DNA from: an uncultured virus (IMG/VR IMGVR_UViG_3300026522_000846)
Lineage: Duplodnaviria > Heunggongvirae > Uroviricota > Caudoviricetes
Length of the DNA: 64,000 bases
Reading direction: 5' to 3' (one strand)
IMG/VR virus record: IMGVR_UViG_3300026522_000846
Below the pieces are notes generated by a model that was not told the DNA's origin, did not search any database, and saw only the letters and a list, made by a program, of their open reading frames with translations. Shown in pieces: positions 17,820-28,441 of this stretch. Every line of letters begins with the position of its first letter. Position 1 is the stretch's first letter. Both the position numbers and the translations under genes were made by a program.

Positions 17820-19552
17820 AGCGTTTCCTTTCTTGACTCTTCCAAGTCCTTATCTGCATCGTGTAAGAAACCACGTTTCTTGCCCTCTTCGAGGTGCAAG
17901 ATACCGCGTTCCTTGACTTCTTCGAGCATAGCGTCAAAGTAAGTATTGAATAGTTTTCGTTCTTCTCCGTGCGGAGCAATCATTTCGCCCTCTGCATGAC
18001 CGGAAAGATAATCATCACATATTCCCATCTCTTCGCACTTGTCCTTGATATAGCAGGCACCCGCCCGTGCCAGAAGTTCGACGGGATCTGACCAATAGTT
18101 TCCATGCTCTTTCTGATAGACCTTATCCATTTCGACAGCGTTATTGTAGAAGTCGGTATGTATAAAATAGTCCTTATCCGGGGTCTTTTTATATTCCAAC
18201 GCTTCCATTAACTTTCCAAGTGCAGGAAAGTCGCTATATTGTTGCAGATACATATTGTGGTTGTCGGTAGCAAAGGCAGCCGTACCCGGTCTTCCGAGTT
18301 TCTGTGCGATGGCGACTCCGATCGCATGGTCGAGTGCATGAATCCATTCATGTGACAGACTGCCCGCACCTTTCAGCTTGGTTAAATTGATGACATTCTT
18401 GACCGGTTCAAAGTGTGCCATCGCAGCACCTCGTCCTCTGGCACCAAAGGCGATCGCAAGGTCATGCCCGAGGGAGACATCGGTATCATCTATACCAAGT
18501 GCGGTAGCAAGGTCATGGAATGCGATATAGCACATATTGAGATTGGTTTGCCGTTCTTTCTGCGACTCATACTCACCGAACTCACCGCCACGGAAGCCAA
18601 ACGTCTGCATGAGGTCTTCCCCGGTCTTATCCATACAAAGGATAGGTATGGAGTGATCCGTCTGATCGATATGGGACAGTTCTTTCGGCACATAGCGTTT
18701 CTTTCGTGCCGTCGTCTTTGCGGGTTCATCACTTTCTTGTGCTATTGCCCACTTTTCTGCCATCTCCAAGGTCTGAAATCCGTATGCTTTCAGGCTATGC
18801 CCCTGAACGACAAGATAGCCTGTTTCGTTTTCCAAGTCCGATTTCAGCTTATCCATATCAATTCCCTTATCGGGATAGATGTATTTGGTTATTCCATGTG
18901 CAAATTCGTACCGCAGATATGTTTTACTTCCCTTGCTCCATGAACTGCTTTCAATGGTCATGGTGTTTTTATCCATAGCAGGGAAGGTGTAATGCGACAG
19001 TATCTTTTCCTCCCTCGTCATCAGGAATCCCTTTTTGATCCGCTCGTTGAGGAAGAACAGAAAATCGCCACTTTTCATAGCAAGAGTCACGAACCGTCTG
19101 CTTGCATAAGGGTTCTGTATCATGACGTTGTAGCCTTTAGTCACAAAGCCACGCTCCAACATCCAGTTAATGCCTGACTTTTCCATGTCGGGAATAGTCT
19201 TTATCTTCTCGCACTCATCACGAGCAGCACTCACCAAACGGAAGTAATCTTCGTATGCCCCATGCGGATTGGAATAGTAGTAGTGTTCTGATTTCGGATT
19301 CGACGGCAGGCTGTCACGCAGTGCTTTCCGATAGTACAGAACAACGGGGTCGATTCCTTCCGCTTGCAATTTCTCATAATCAGGTTTCGGGAAAATGTTG
19401 TCTTTTGTCAGATTGGCAAACAACTGATCGTCAGTCATTTGTTCAAAATCAGACATCATCATCGCATCCCCTGTATGCCAACGGTCATACTTGGAATCGC
19501 CTATATGTTCACCGAATGTACGCTTAATTTCTGAACGAATTTCATCTGCCAT
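17816..19552 (-). CDS. Large polyvalent protein-associated LPD1-type protein with zincin HExxH motif
   Basis: FGFRGGEFG, LAIAFGARGRG, AHFEP, INLTKLKGAGSLSHEWIHALD, YWSDPVELLARA. Confidence 0.85.
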   Translation of the reverse strand: MADEIRSEIKRTFGEHIGDSKYDRWHTGDAMMMSDFEQMTDDQLFANLTKDNIFPKPDYEKLQAEGIDPVVLYYRKALRDSLPSNPKSEHYYYSNPHGAYEDYFRLVSAARDECEKIKTIPDMEKSGINWMLERGFVTKGYNVMIQNPYASRRFVTLAMKSGDFLFFLNERIKKGFLMTREEKILSHYTFPAMDKNTMTIESSSWSKGSKTYLRYEFAHGITKYIYPDKGIDMDKLKSDLENETGYLVVQGHSLKAYGFQTLEMAEKWAIAQESDEPAKTTARKKRYVPKELSHIDQTDHSIPILCMDKTGEDLMQTFGFRGGEFGEYESQKERQTNLNMCYIAFHDLATALGIDDTDVSLGHDLAIAFGARGRGAAMAHFEPVKNVINLTKLKGAGSLSHEWIHALDHAIGVAIAQKLGRPGTAAFATDNHNMYLQQYSDFPALGKLMEALEYKKTPDKDYFIHTDFYNNAVEMDKVYQKEHGNYWSDPVELLARAGACYIKDKCEEMGICDDYLSGHAEGEMIAPHGEERKLFNTYFDAMLEEVKERGILHLEEGKKRGFLHDADKDLEESRKETL

Positions 19553-19555
19553 ACG

Positions 19556-20527
19556 TCAGTCCTTTTCTAAATCTTCTTCATCACGAACTTCTTCCGTATC
19601 GATGTTGGTTTTTCCAAAATTCTCTGGCAATCCGATCGGTTCACAGAATCGCTTTAAATCTAACTTCATACCGTCTATTTTTGCATCTGAAAAATCGCAT
19701 TCCAAAAACACAGTGCCGTCAACATTTTGCTTGCAAAAGTCCGCATCGGTAAGGTTTGCCAGAGAAAAGTCGCAATCGCTCAACAATTTACATCCGCCAA
19801 GTTCTGCCTTGGTAAGATTCGCCTTCGTGAAATCTGCATTATCCATTAAGGTTTCGACAAACATAGCATTGTGAAAATCTGCATTTTTGAACGAAACATT
19901 CCGTATCCAACAATCCTGAAACGTGCAAAACGATAAGTCAGCATTCCGCAAATAGGCACCATGTGCAGTAGATTGCTCAATAACGGAATTAGCAAGTGTA
20001 GCATTCTGAAAATCGCACAGCGTAAAATTAGCAGAGTGAATGTCGGCTGCACCCAGATCTGCCATTTGGAAGGATGATTTCGAAAAATTGCCATTCAAAT
20101 AAGCTCCAGACAAATTAGCCTGATCGAAACGGCAGCATTGATAATCGTGAACACTATTACCAAAATCCTTCAGCTGGGCGTAGGAAAGATCTGCTTCTCG
20201 AAAGTTAGCGAGATAGAATTCACCTTGATTTATCATAATAGACTGCATTTTTGCTGATTGAAAATTCGCTCCGCTTGCATATATGTCATTTAGCGTACAG
20301 TCGCATAACCGTGCGTTCGAAAAGTCTGCACATACTAACCATGTACGATTGAAAACAGCCTCCGTCAGGTCGGCATTAGAAAAATCCATATTCTCGTAGC
20401 TAACGTCCGATGAAAAAACCGCCCGACAGTCTTCCCAATCCGGAACATCTCTCTTGAGATAGTGCTGATGTCGTTCTATGATTTCATTCAAATCTTCCTG
20501 TGTGATCGATTTGCGTGGCTTATTCAT
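19556..20527 (-). CDS. Pentapeptide repeat protein
   Basis: Pentapeptide repeats; N-terminal ITQEDLNEIIERHQHYLKRDVPDWED. Confidence 0.9.
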   Translation of the reverse strand: MNKPRKSITQEDLNEIIERHQHYLKRDVPDWEDCRAVFSSDVSYENMDFSNADLTEAVFNRTWLVCADFSNARLCDCTLNDIYASGANFQSAKMQSIMINQGEFYLANFREADLSYAQLKDFGNSVHDYQCCRFDQANLSGAYLNGNFSKSSFQMADLGAADIHSANFTLCDFQNATLANSVIEQSTAHGAYLRNADLSFCTFQDCWIRNVSFKNADFHNAMFVETLMDNADFTKANLTKAELGGCKLLSDCDFSLANLTDADFCKQNVDGTVFLECDFSDAKIDGMKLDLKRFCEPIGLPENFGKTNIDTEEVRDEEDLEKD

Positions 20528-20562
20528 AAATTATTCCCTTTCTCATACCTTGCCTGTGATAT

Positions 20563-21000
20563 TTAATCCTTTCCGAAAGCATTATCCTCATCTAGAGATT
20601 CGGCTTCTTCTAATTCTTCCCGTTTTTCTTCCAGAACCTCGTGAAGACATTCGGGGAGAAGCATAATGCGAATATTGGTGTCTGCAGCTTCCCATTCTTC
20701 GTCATCCATGAACAAATCAAAAAGTTCATCGCTTGTATAGTATGCTTCGAAACACAGACGCTGTAGGAGGTCTATGTTCCCATTTATATGCTCTTTTGCC
20801 GTCTTTTGATCAAATGTGTAAGATCTTGAATAGCCTCCCGTAACAGAATCATTATGAAATATGGACCACAGTTCAATGGGAGGCAATTTATCAAGCTGAT
20901 TTTCCAGTTCTCGAAAGTCGGTATCAGAGTCGATTTCCCCATTGTCGTTAAGATACTCTCGAATATCCTGCTTGATAGCTTCTTTGTAGTCGTACGCCAT
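20563..21000 (-). CDS. Acidic hypothetical protein
   Basis: Operonic ORF with RBS; DSVTGGYSRSYTF segment. Confidence 0.75.
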   Translation of the reverse strand: MAYDYKEAIKQDIREYLNDNGEIDSDTDFRELENQLDKLPPIELWSIFHNDSVTGGYSRSYTFDQKTAKEHINGNIDLLQRLCFEAYYTSDELFDLFMDDEEWEAADTNIRIMLLPECLHEVLEEKREELEEAESLDEDNAFGKD

Positions 21001-21004
21001 TTTT

Positions 21005-21346
21005 TTATCTCTCCTCTTCTAGGTCGGCTTTTTCCTTGACCTCATCAGCAAGGTTTTTTATCTGGTCAAGTTCTCGTAGATCGATGACCTCGTGTACCTC
21101 TCCCACGTTGCAGTTCTCAAAGATGCCGTCCGAGAGCTGCCCTTCCAGTTCATCCTCGACCTGCTCTGCGGTATCTCTCGTAATACGGAGGACGGTGTAA
21201 TCGTGCGTACCCGTCTTGTCGGCATTCAGTTCATCCAAAATGCGCACTTTTCCGTTGTCCGAAAAATCATAATGTGCAGACGGACAAAAACTTTCCCTCT
21301 GTCTATGACCGTCAACACCATAAATTTTGTACGCTCGTGTAACCAT
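21005..21346 (-). CDS. Hypothetical protein ending ...LEEER
   Basis: Operonic; YKIYGVDGHRQRESF...GQLSDGIFEN. Confidence 0.75.
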   Translation of the reverse strand: MVTRAYKIYGVDGHRQRESFCPSAHYDFSDNGKVRILDELNADKTGTHDYTVLRITRDTAEQVEDELEGQLSDGIFENCNVGEVHEVIDLRELDQIKNLADEVKEKADLEEER

Positions 21347-21353
21347 TTTTGAC

Positions 21354-21677
21354 TTACCTCTCTATTTCTTTTTCCTGTTCTCTGGTCTCCAGAAACTCCG
21401 AAGCCAGACCGTCACACAATTCCGAAATACCATGTGCTGTATGTCCTGTTTCGGTATCAATGTCGTAGCAATCAAAGTATTCATCGGGTATCGCCTCGCC
21501 ATAGAAGATGTTTCCATCCTCTTTGGCATTGACATAGAGAACCTTTTCTGTTTCTTCGTCCTGTATCAGACCTTCGTTTTTCTTTGAACCATGAAGTCTG
21601 ATGTCAAAGTACAAATCAGAATAAAGGTCAGGGTATCGTTCTCTGAAACAGCGTTTGATTTCGCTCTGAATACTCAT
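21354..21677 (-). CDS. Hypothetical protein ending ...KEIER
   Basis: RBS AAGGAG; promoter-like motif 21716-21726. Confidence 0.75.
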   Translation of the reverse strand: MSIQSEIKRCFRERYPDLYSDLYFDIRLHGSKKNEGLIQDEETEKVLYVNAKEDGNIFYGEAIPDEYFDCYDIDTETGHTAHGISELCDGLASEFLETREQEKEIER

Positions 21678-21740
21678 AAAAAACTCCTTCTAACGAACTT
21701 TCCTTACGTTGTTTCTATGAGTAAAATCAATTTTTCTACA

Positions 21741-23321
21741 TTACCCCGACTCTAAAAAGTCAGTACCACCTGCGAGTTCAGGAAAGCATTCTTCCCACGA
21801 AAGCGATTTGTCAGGCTCATCCCCTAATGGAACAGTCATTTCCAATGGATCGGATGCAAAACACTCGTTCTTTGACATCTCGGAAGGACAATTCATGTTC
21901 AGGTTTTGTGTCTTAAGATCGACACTCTGTACCACCTTGGTGTCAGTCTGACACAAACTATCCAACAGGTTTGAAACGACAGTATCGGTGTCAGTTTTCG
22001 GAACAGGCTTTGCAACAGGCTTTGTAACCGGAACATCATTCTTTGGCTCTTCTTTCAGGTAGTAGTAGACCGTACGCTTGCTCACACCGAGTTCTATTGC
22101 TATCTCGTCAGCAGACAGTCCGAGAGAACGAAGTTCCTTTGCCCTCGCCTTTTTCTTCTCCCTCTGCTGCTGAAACGTCTTTCCCTTTTCCGTAAGGATC
22201 CGCTTTTTCTCGACCCTGTACGCTCTGCTGTACTCCCTTGAATACTCTGCGTCCTTTGTATGTTCAGGCTCTAGGTTGAATTGGGCATAGAACGTCCTTT
22301 CAGTCATCTTATATACCTTTTTCGTTCTTGCGGAACGTACCTTGGAGGGAGACAGCGGGATCTGGAAGTCGCTGTTGAAGTCAGACATGGCTCTGTACGC
22401 TTCTTCCTTTGAGTCGCCCAGTGAGACGCGGGCATTGCAGAAGTTAAAACACATGGTCTCACGCATACCAATGCAGTTGGATTCTTTCTGCAACCGCTTC
22501 AAAGTCTCGATACGTCTTACAAGATACGAATTGCCACGCTTTACACCGCTGACGTGTATCTTGGCACGTTTCTTCTTTTTAGCCTCTTTCCGGCATTCAT
22601 AGTCCTCGTAGTCCTTTCTGTCAGGCATTACGAAGTCGGCATAATCCTGCATATCCATAGGCACACCATTACCCTTTATGATGTGTACGGGAATGCTATA
22701 CAGAGTTTCACATTTCTCTGTAGCGGGGTTAAAGACTGACTTCCTGTTCACAGAACCTGCAGGTCTGAATGTTGTATGAAGCTTCTGTCCTTCGGCATGA
22801 TAGTTCGGGTTGAGAGTGTTTATGTAGTCAGCATACAGTCCCGTGACCTTCTGCAGGAACTTGAGCGTACGGTTCTTCCTGCCCTTGATGTTCCGAAGGA
22901 TGTAAGGCTTTTTGAGAGCATACAAAAACCTTACCCTGTGACCGTATTCGATGAACGTGGGAAAGGGTATGTAAGAACAGTCGGTATATCCATGTGACAT
23001 ATCGGAATACAACTGCTTTATCACCTGTTCAGGTGTCATTCCCGGGAGGTCGAAGTCTATGTCAATGGCAAACATATTGATGGATGCGAGGTTGGAAAGA
23101 GTACCACCTTTTTTGGGACTAATAAACTCACCGAGACTCATTCCGAGGTTGATGTTGCTTTCCATCACGTTTAAGGGATCTTCGAGTTTATCTGAAGGTA
23201 TGAACTTACCACCCCTGTGGCTACCGTTGTTTATCTTCACATACCCTTTAGAATTCTTGTAGAAAGCAAGTATGTCATTTATGCCTACATCGTAAAATTT
23301 GAACTCGAACTCCATTGACAA
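21741..23321 (-). CDS. rep: Plasmid replication initiator, primase-polymerase (AEP)/PriCT-type, with C-terminal HTH
   Basis: FAIDIDFD (DxD), PFPTFIEYGHRVRFLYAL, FRPAGSVN, GMRETMCF, LSADEIAIELGVSKRTVYYYL. Confidence 0.7.
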   Translation of the reverse strand: MSMEFEFKFYDVGINDILAFYKNSKGYVKINNGSHRGGKFIPSDKLEDPLNVMESNINLGMSLGEFISPKKGGTLSNLASINMFAIDIDFDLPGMTPEQVIKQLYSDMSHGYTDCSYIPFPTFIEYGHRVRFLYALKKPYILRNIKGRKNRTLKFLQKVTGLYADYINTLNPNYHAEGQKLHTTFRPAGSVNRKSVFNPATEKCETLYSIPVHIIKGNGVPMDMQDYADFVMPDRKDYEDYECRKEAKKKKRAKIHVSGVKRGNSYLVRRIETLKRLQKESNCIGMRETMCFNFCNARVSLGDSKEEAYRAMSDFNSDFQIPLSPSKVRSARTKKVYKMTERTFYAQFNLEPEHTKDAEYSREYSRAYRVEKKRILTEKGKTFQQQREKKKARAKELRSLGLSADEIAIELGVSKRTVYYYLKEEPKNDVPVTKPVAKPVPKTDTDTVVSNLLDSLCQTDTKVVQSVDLKTQNLNMNCPSEMSKNECFASDPLEMTVPLGDEPDKSLSWEECFPELAGGTDFLESG

Positions 23322-24600
23322 TCTCCTTCGGATGGAAAAATGACCATTTCTCCTGTCACAAAATCTATGTGTAAAACGTTGTTATTTTTTGCAGAAAAAC
23401 CCCTGTTGTTCCTGAAAAAGTACAATAAATTTATGAGTTCCCATGGAACATAGTTAAAACAGGGTGTAGAGACAGATTGGATAGGGATAGGTATCTGTTA
23501 GAGAGTTTAGGATGGATTTGCTGGGATGGATTTGTAGAGTGTACCTGTTGGATAGCTTTAGGGTTGACTCACAGATTGCATCTGTTGGAGAGTTTGAGAT
23601 AGGCTTACAGATTGTTTCCAGAATGTATTGGGATGGATTTACAGATCGTATCTGAAAACATAGTTCTCTAGGACTGAATGTAGAAGATGTAGGGGGAAGG
23701 TAGAACTATCTAACCGTTACCTAAACCTTTATCTATTCCCTTGGATAGAGTTACAGGGAGAGTGTAGAGGGAATGGATCACAGATTGTGGGACAGATTGT
23801 CCCACCTACAGTTTGTACCTACTTACAGCTTGTACCTACAACCTGTCCTAGGGATAGGTAGATGGATTACAGAATGTGAAACAACCTGTACCACCTACAA
23901 CTTGTATCCACAACCTGACCTATGGAGGGGAAGGATAGGGTGTAGGGGGAGAGTGGAAGTGTGGGTATGAAAAGCATGAGAGAATGCGGGTTTGAATTGG
24001 TACATATAGCAGACTCACTTTTTGCACAAAATTTCCGAAACATTTTCGTAAGTGATTCCCTATACAACGTAGAGTAGCTCGTTAGGGAATATTAGGGTTG
24101 TGACTGTATTGTCATATATTTTCAGAAATGTATAGACAAATAGTAAATATGACAGAAAATATACGCTGATATTTGTGCAAAAAACGAGTCGTTCATATGT
24201 ACCAGTTCAAAAGTTTGTTTTTTTCGCACAAGGTGGGTCACAAGTTGTTTCAAGGGACACATTGTTCCATACACTCTACCTTCAATCTCGATATTCTTCC
24301 AATGCAGATGTCTAACTCTACCTGCATTACAAGGTGTAACAACTCCGTTTCAAAAATTCCAAAAAAAATTTCCCATAAGGAACTCCAGAAAAATTTCCCA
24401 AAAAAATCCAAAATCCTTGCAACTCTACAAACTTTTTATCCATAAGAGTATCAGGTCGGGAAAATGCTCCTATTGTTTCACTGATTGGCTAACGTCGATT
24501 CCATAACGAGCTATCGGTAGGCTTTAGTTTATTTTTGGCATTAACGTTTTAACCATAGAAATGGTGGAAGCTAATTCATACCTGAAACAGAGAGGTTTGC
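23322..24600. other. Putative origin of replication and/or transfer region
   Basis: 1.3-kb non-coding gap between divergent rep and mob; strand-skewed direct repeats (ggatggattt, acagatt, cctacaac) followed by A/T tracts. Confidence 0.55.
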
Positions 24601-25647
24601 ATGGAAATCAAGAAATACCATAAAGGTGACGGTCACCTCTTGTCACACGTTGATAGAAGCACCCGCGAGATAGACGCTACGAGACCATACGAGAGTGGCG
24701 TACTGTCCACCCCGAATGCGAGCGACATAGATCCGAGCCGTACACATCTGAATTTCAATCTGTCGGAGAACAACAGGCACTTGAATGATGTTCTCGACTA
24801 CATTCGGGAGACAACAGGCAGACCTGTGCGGAAGAACGCCGTGCTTTTCTTTTCCACATGGGTGGTCATGCCGAAGCAGTATCAGAGGTTCGATGGTGAT
24901 CTCGAATTCGCTCATCACTTCTTCGAGGACATCTATGACACGCTTCTTCTGTTCTACGGACTGGAAGACAGTGACGTAGCGTCAGCATGGGTACACATGG
25001 ATGAGACGAGACCGCACCTGCACCTATACACATCACCTATATACCGTGCAGAGGACGGCACACTTTCGAACTGTTTTGAGCGTGTCGTACCGAAGCGGAA
25101 GTATTGGAAGCTTCATTCCTTTACAGAGGATATGATGAGGTCAAAGGGGTGGGAAGACATTGAACTGATGTCCGGGACTACGAGAGAAGGCAACTGGGCG
25201 GTGCGAGACCTGAAAAGAAACGGAGCAAAGGAAAAGGTTCGGGAATTGAACGAACTCCTTGCCAAAAAACAGGCAGAACTCGACCAACTCAATCAAAACG
25301 TAAACTCACAGACAGAACTTCTTCGGAAGTTCATGAAAGAGGAACGTGAGAAAGAGAAGCGTTTAAGAGAACTACAGGAAAGCACGGAGATCCTTCAGGG
25401 AGAGATGGACAGGTTGAACCGTGACATCTTACGTTCCAGAACCGAACTGGCAAAGCAGGGAACGCCTGATGCAGAGACAAAGATACTCCTGAACCATAAA
25501 AAGGAGCTGATACGTTCCCTGATCGAGCATCCTGAAAATCTTACGGCAGGAGAACGCATGGAACTTATGAACCTTAACAGTAACCAGAAAGAAGGCTTTT
25601 ATGACATTCATCAAGGAAGATTTGATAAGAGAGGGCATATCCTGTGA
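24601..25647 (+). CDS. MobV/Pre-family relaxase (plasmid recombination enzyme) with coiled-coil tail
   Basis: SHVDR, IDPSRTHLNFNL, VRKNAV, AWVHMDETRPHLH. Confidence 0.85.
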   Translation: MEIKKYHKGDGHLLSHVDRSTREIDATRPYESGVLSTPNASDIDPSRTHLNFNLSENNRHLNDVLDYIRETTGRPVRKNAVLFFSTWVVMPKQYQRFDGDLEFAHHFFEDIYDTLLLFYGLEDSDVASAWVHMDETRPHLHLYTSPIYRAEDGTLSNCFERVVPKRKYWKLHSFTEDMMRSKGWEDIELMSGTTREGNWAVRDLKRNGAKEKVRELNELLAKKQAELDQLNQNVNSQTELLRKFMKEEREKEKRLRELQESTEILQGEMDRLNRDILRSRTELAKQGTPDAETKILLNHKKELIRSLIEHPENLTAGERMELMNLNSNQKEGFYDIHQGRFDKRGHIL

Positions 25648-26089
25648 CAAGGCATTCGACACCGATCTTGTGACAAGAATGAATGTAGAGATCAAAGATG
25701 GAACATATACGTTCCCTGACAATTTAAGCGTTAGGGAACTTTCGTTCCTGTTTCAGCAAGGAGTACCGATAAAGGAAGCCTGTGACAATGCGGGTATTCT
25801 GTTTTTCCTTGAACGCACCATCTTCTGGGGACTGCCTGTAAAACGGCAGTGCAGAATACTTAAGCGTCTGTCTGCGAACCCCAAGGGGCGTGACCTGTAC
25901 GTTGACTGGAATGAGTTTGCAAGGGTGGTAAAGATAAACAGCAAACAGGATAAGTACCTTAAGGATCTCTACAATATGCTGCTGACGGAGTCAGAGAATA
26001 CGGAAGAGATGGAGAAACGGCTTCATGACGATAACAGGATCTCTGCAACCGTGAAGTGGCTGTTTTACTACAGATATTTGCGGAGGTGA
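25601..26089 (+). CDS. Hypothetical protein
   Basis: ORF overlapping the relaxase end; GAAGG RBS. Confidence 0.65.
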   Translation: MTFIKEDLIREGISCDKAFDTDLVTRMNVEIKDGTYTFPDNLSVRELSFLFQQGVPIKEACDNAGILFFLERTIFWGLPVKRQCRILKRLSANPKGRDLYVDWNEFARVVKINSKQDKYLKDLYNMLLTESENTEEMEKRLHDDNRISATVKWLFYYRYLRR

Positions 26090-26094
26090 GATTT

Positions 26095-26694
26095 ATGGCA
26101 TGGGATTTGTTTGTAATTCGACTGTTCGGTATGGCGGTGACGCTTTTAATGGCGAAGTGGTGCGGTGAGAGTCTGTATGTAATGGGATGTAAGAAAAGCG
26201 AGCGATTGATGGCATATGTTGTGACTGTAATATCCTCATACCTGTTCACATTCGTCACGGCAATACTCCTTATGTACCTGTTCACACAGGCTGTGTCCGA
26301 CTTTCGAAGCGGTTTGGTGGATGTGAAACTGAACTTGCAGGCAGGAGCGACCATGTCAGCCTGCGTGCTTTTATTCGTACCACCGATAACAAGTGTGCTT
26401 TGGCTGATCGTCACAACAGTGTTCCTGCATTTTACGGAACGTATCTTTTCATCGGGTGACAGGAAGGGACTGTTTGTGTGTGCCTTATGGGGAATGAATT
26501 TTCTCAATATGGGACAGGGCATATTCAAAAGCGGGTTTGTCATTTCCGTGCCTGCGGTCATTGGATTGGGATTAAGCCTTTTTGCCGCAGCACTGTATGG
26601 ATTTGTTTCAAAGAGACGGTATGACGTACCCATGTTTCCGTGGATGTACCTCGGGTTTGGTATCACTGCGGGAGCGGTAAAGATTTTAGGCTGA
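26095..26694 (+). CDS. Multi-TM membrane protein, weakly prepilin-peptidase (A24)-like
   Basis: GGAGG RBS; several TM helices; SSGDRK and VPMFPWM resemble the A24 GGGDxK and xPFxPF motifs. Confidence 0.45.
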   Translation: MAWDLFVIRLFGMAVTLLMAKWCGESLYVMGCKKSERLMAYVVTVISSYLFTFVTAILLMYLFTQAVSDFRSGLVDVKLNLQAGATMSACVLLFVPPITSVLWLIVTTVFLHFTERIFSSGDRKGLFVCALWGMNFLNMGQGIFKSGFVISVPAVIGLGLSLFAAALYGFVSKRRYDVPMFPWMYLGFGITAGAVKILG

Positions 26695-26709
26695 CTAGAG
26701 GGGACTTGT

Positions 26710-28425
26710 GTGATGTTTGATTTTGATAAATTCTCTGATGTGGATAGCACAACGACATGTTGTAGCAAAAAACCAATTACATATGATAGCAAAAAACCAA
26801 CGATATGTAGTAGCACCATCAGCGATATAAAAAATACCGAAGAGGAAGACGACATGGCTGAAAGCCTTGCCAAGCAGATGGAAGAACTGAACAGAAAGAA
26901 TGAGGAGTCGAACCGGCGTCTTCGGGAACAGGCAGAAGCTGAAAAGCTTAAGAGAGAGAAAGAGGAAGAAGAGCGTGTCCGTGAACTTGAAGCTGCCGTT
27001 GTAAAGCAGAAGATAGATAAAGAAGCGGAAGAGCGGAAAGCGTTCTATGAAGAATTAAAGAGCGAATATGAAAAGGATAAATCCGAGGCTCGCTCTGCGG
27101 AAAAGAAACAGAGCATATTTTCCGCATTTCTCTCACCGAAACAAAAGGCGAACGCCAAACCGACTAATTCTTCCAAAGTTCGTTCTACAAATTCTAAAAA
27201 GCAAAAGGCTTCCAAGTCAGGCGATTTGTTGCCTGACAAAAAGGCAAAGAAACAGACAGATGATCCCTTGAAACGGCTTATACCTTCTGTTCTGAAGAAT
27301 AAATCCGGTGACTCTCCAAATAACTCTGATACTGAAAAAGAGCCTGAAAGCAGGAATGTCGCTGATGAATGGAACGGTTCTGAAAGAACCGTTCCTAGGA
27401 GTGGATCTGAGTTATCGCAGAGCGATAACGAGGGGTTAAAGACCGTAGGTCGAACATCTGAGTCATCGCGTAGCGATGACGAAGAGTTAAAGACTATAAG
27501 TCGAACATCAAAGATCCACTCCATCGAAAAGCCTGAAAGCGAAGAGTTAAAAACTGTTGAGAATACTGTATCGCAGAATGGAGTGGATCACAGATCCACT
27601 TCTAGGAGTGATGCAAAGCATCACTCCATTACCGAGACTGTACCTCAAACCGTATCTCAAAAGGATGAAAGTCCGAAAGACGAAGAGTTAGAGATCGAGA
27701 ATCGAACGCCTGAACCATTACAAACAGATGAACCTTTGCAGAACGAAAGCGAAGAGCCAAAGACTACGCAAACACCTGTTCCAAAAAGCAACTCAATGTT
27801 TGATGTCTTCGGTAGTCTTACGAAGAAGAATGCGAAGAAGCCACCTGTCAAGGCAACAGTCGAAGATAAGCCGAAACTTGGAAAGAAGTACCCTGAAAGA
27901 AACCTTGTGCATGAAAACAAAGAAGAAAAGAAGCTTAAGGAACTTCGGGACAAACTATATCCGGGCAATCTTGAATTAGAGGGTAGCAAAGATAACGAGG
28001 TAGAAGTAAAAACCGAAGAACCCGATGATGACTATCTGGCATGGCAGAAACGGATCGCCGAGAACGAGACCAGATTGAGTGCTGATAAATACCGCAGTAT
28101 GCTTCATGATGTGCAGGAAAGAAGGAATGACGTTGCTGCCATAGCACTCATCACAGCGGATATGAAAAACCTCATCGTAATAAAATCGCTCGATGAGTTC
28201 TTCCAATTCGTGGAAGGCAGGAATTATGACGTAAAGCTTGCTTATGCGTTCGTTGTCTATAAGCACGAAGATCCGCGGTATTACCTCGAAGTACCGAACG
28301 ATCCGCATATACAGGGGATAATGAAGTCGCTCTACGACATGATGATGCACAATTCGGTCATTGTACCGGGTTTGATAGCGAAGATACCGAACATCGGTAT
28401 TTTCGAGAACGTATATTTCAATTAA
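26710..28425 (+). CDS. Coiled-coil/low-complexity protein whose central region is built from palindromic repeat modules
   Basis: 571-aa ORF (alternative start 26854); 27367-27630 encodes WNGSERTVPRSGSELSQSDNEGLKTVGRTSESSRSDDEELKTISRTSKIHS. Confidence 0.7.
   Translation: MMFDFDKFSDVDSTTTCCSKKPITYDSKKPTICSSTISDIKNTEEEDDMAESLAKQMEELNRKNEESNRRLREQAEAEKLKREKEEEERVRELEAAVVKQKIDKEAEERKAFYEELKSEYEKDKSEARSAEKKQSIFSAFLSPKQKANAKPTNSSKVRSTNSKKQKASKSGDLLPDKKAKKQTDDPLKRLIPSVLKNKSGDSPNNSDTEKEPESRNVADEWNGSERTVPRSGSELSQSDNEGLKTVGRTSESSRSDDEELKTISRTSKIHSIEKPESEELKTVENTVSQNGVDHRSTSRSDAKHHSITETVPQTVSQKDESPKDEELEIENRTPEPLQTDEPLQNESEEPKTTQTPVPKSNSMFDVFGSLTKKNAKKPPVKATVEDKPKLGKKYPERNLVHENKEEKKLKELRDKLYPGNLELEGSKDNEVEVKTEEPDDDYLAWQKRIAENETRLSADKYRSMLHDVQERRNDVAAIALITADMKNLIVIKSLDEFFQFVEGRNYDVKLAYAFVVYKHEDPRYYLEVPNDPHIQGIMKSLYDMMMHNSVIVPGLIAKIPNIGIFENVYFN
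27367..27630. repeat. Large nested palindrome cluster, in-frame in CDS
   Basis: ggaacggttctgaaagaaccgttcc-ta-ggagtggatc[four nested modules]gatccactcc; a further pair at ~27578-27630. Confidence 0.95.
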
Positions 28426-28441
28426 AGAAAGGAATTGGCGT

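Noticed and set aside
23773..24445. Short ORFs in the rep-mob intergenic region
   Set aside because: Low-complexity translations of skewed repeats with no RBS
25959..26873. 304-aa antisense ORF
   Set aside because: Opposite to coupled plus-strand genes that have RBSs
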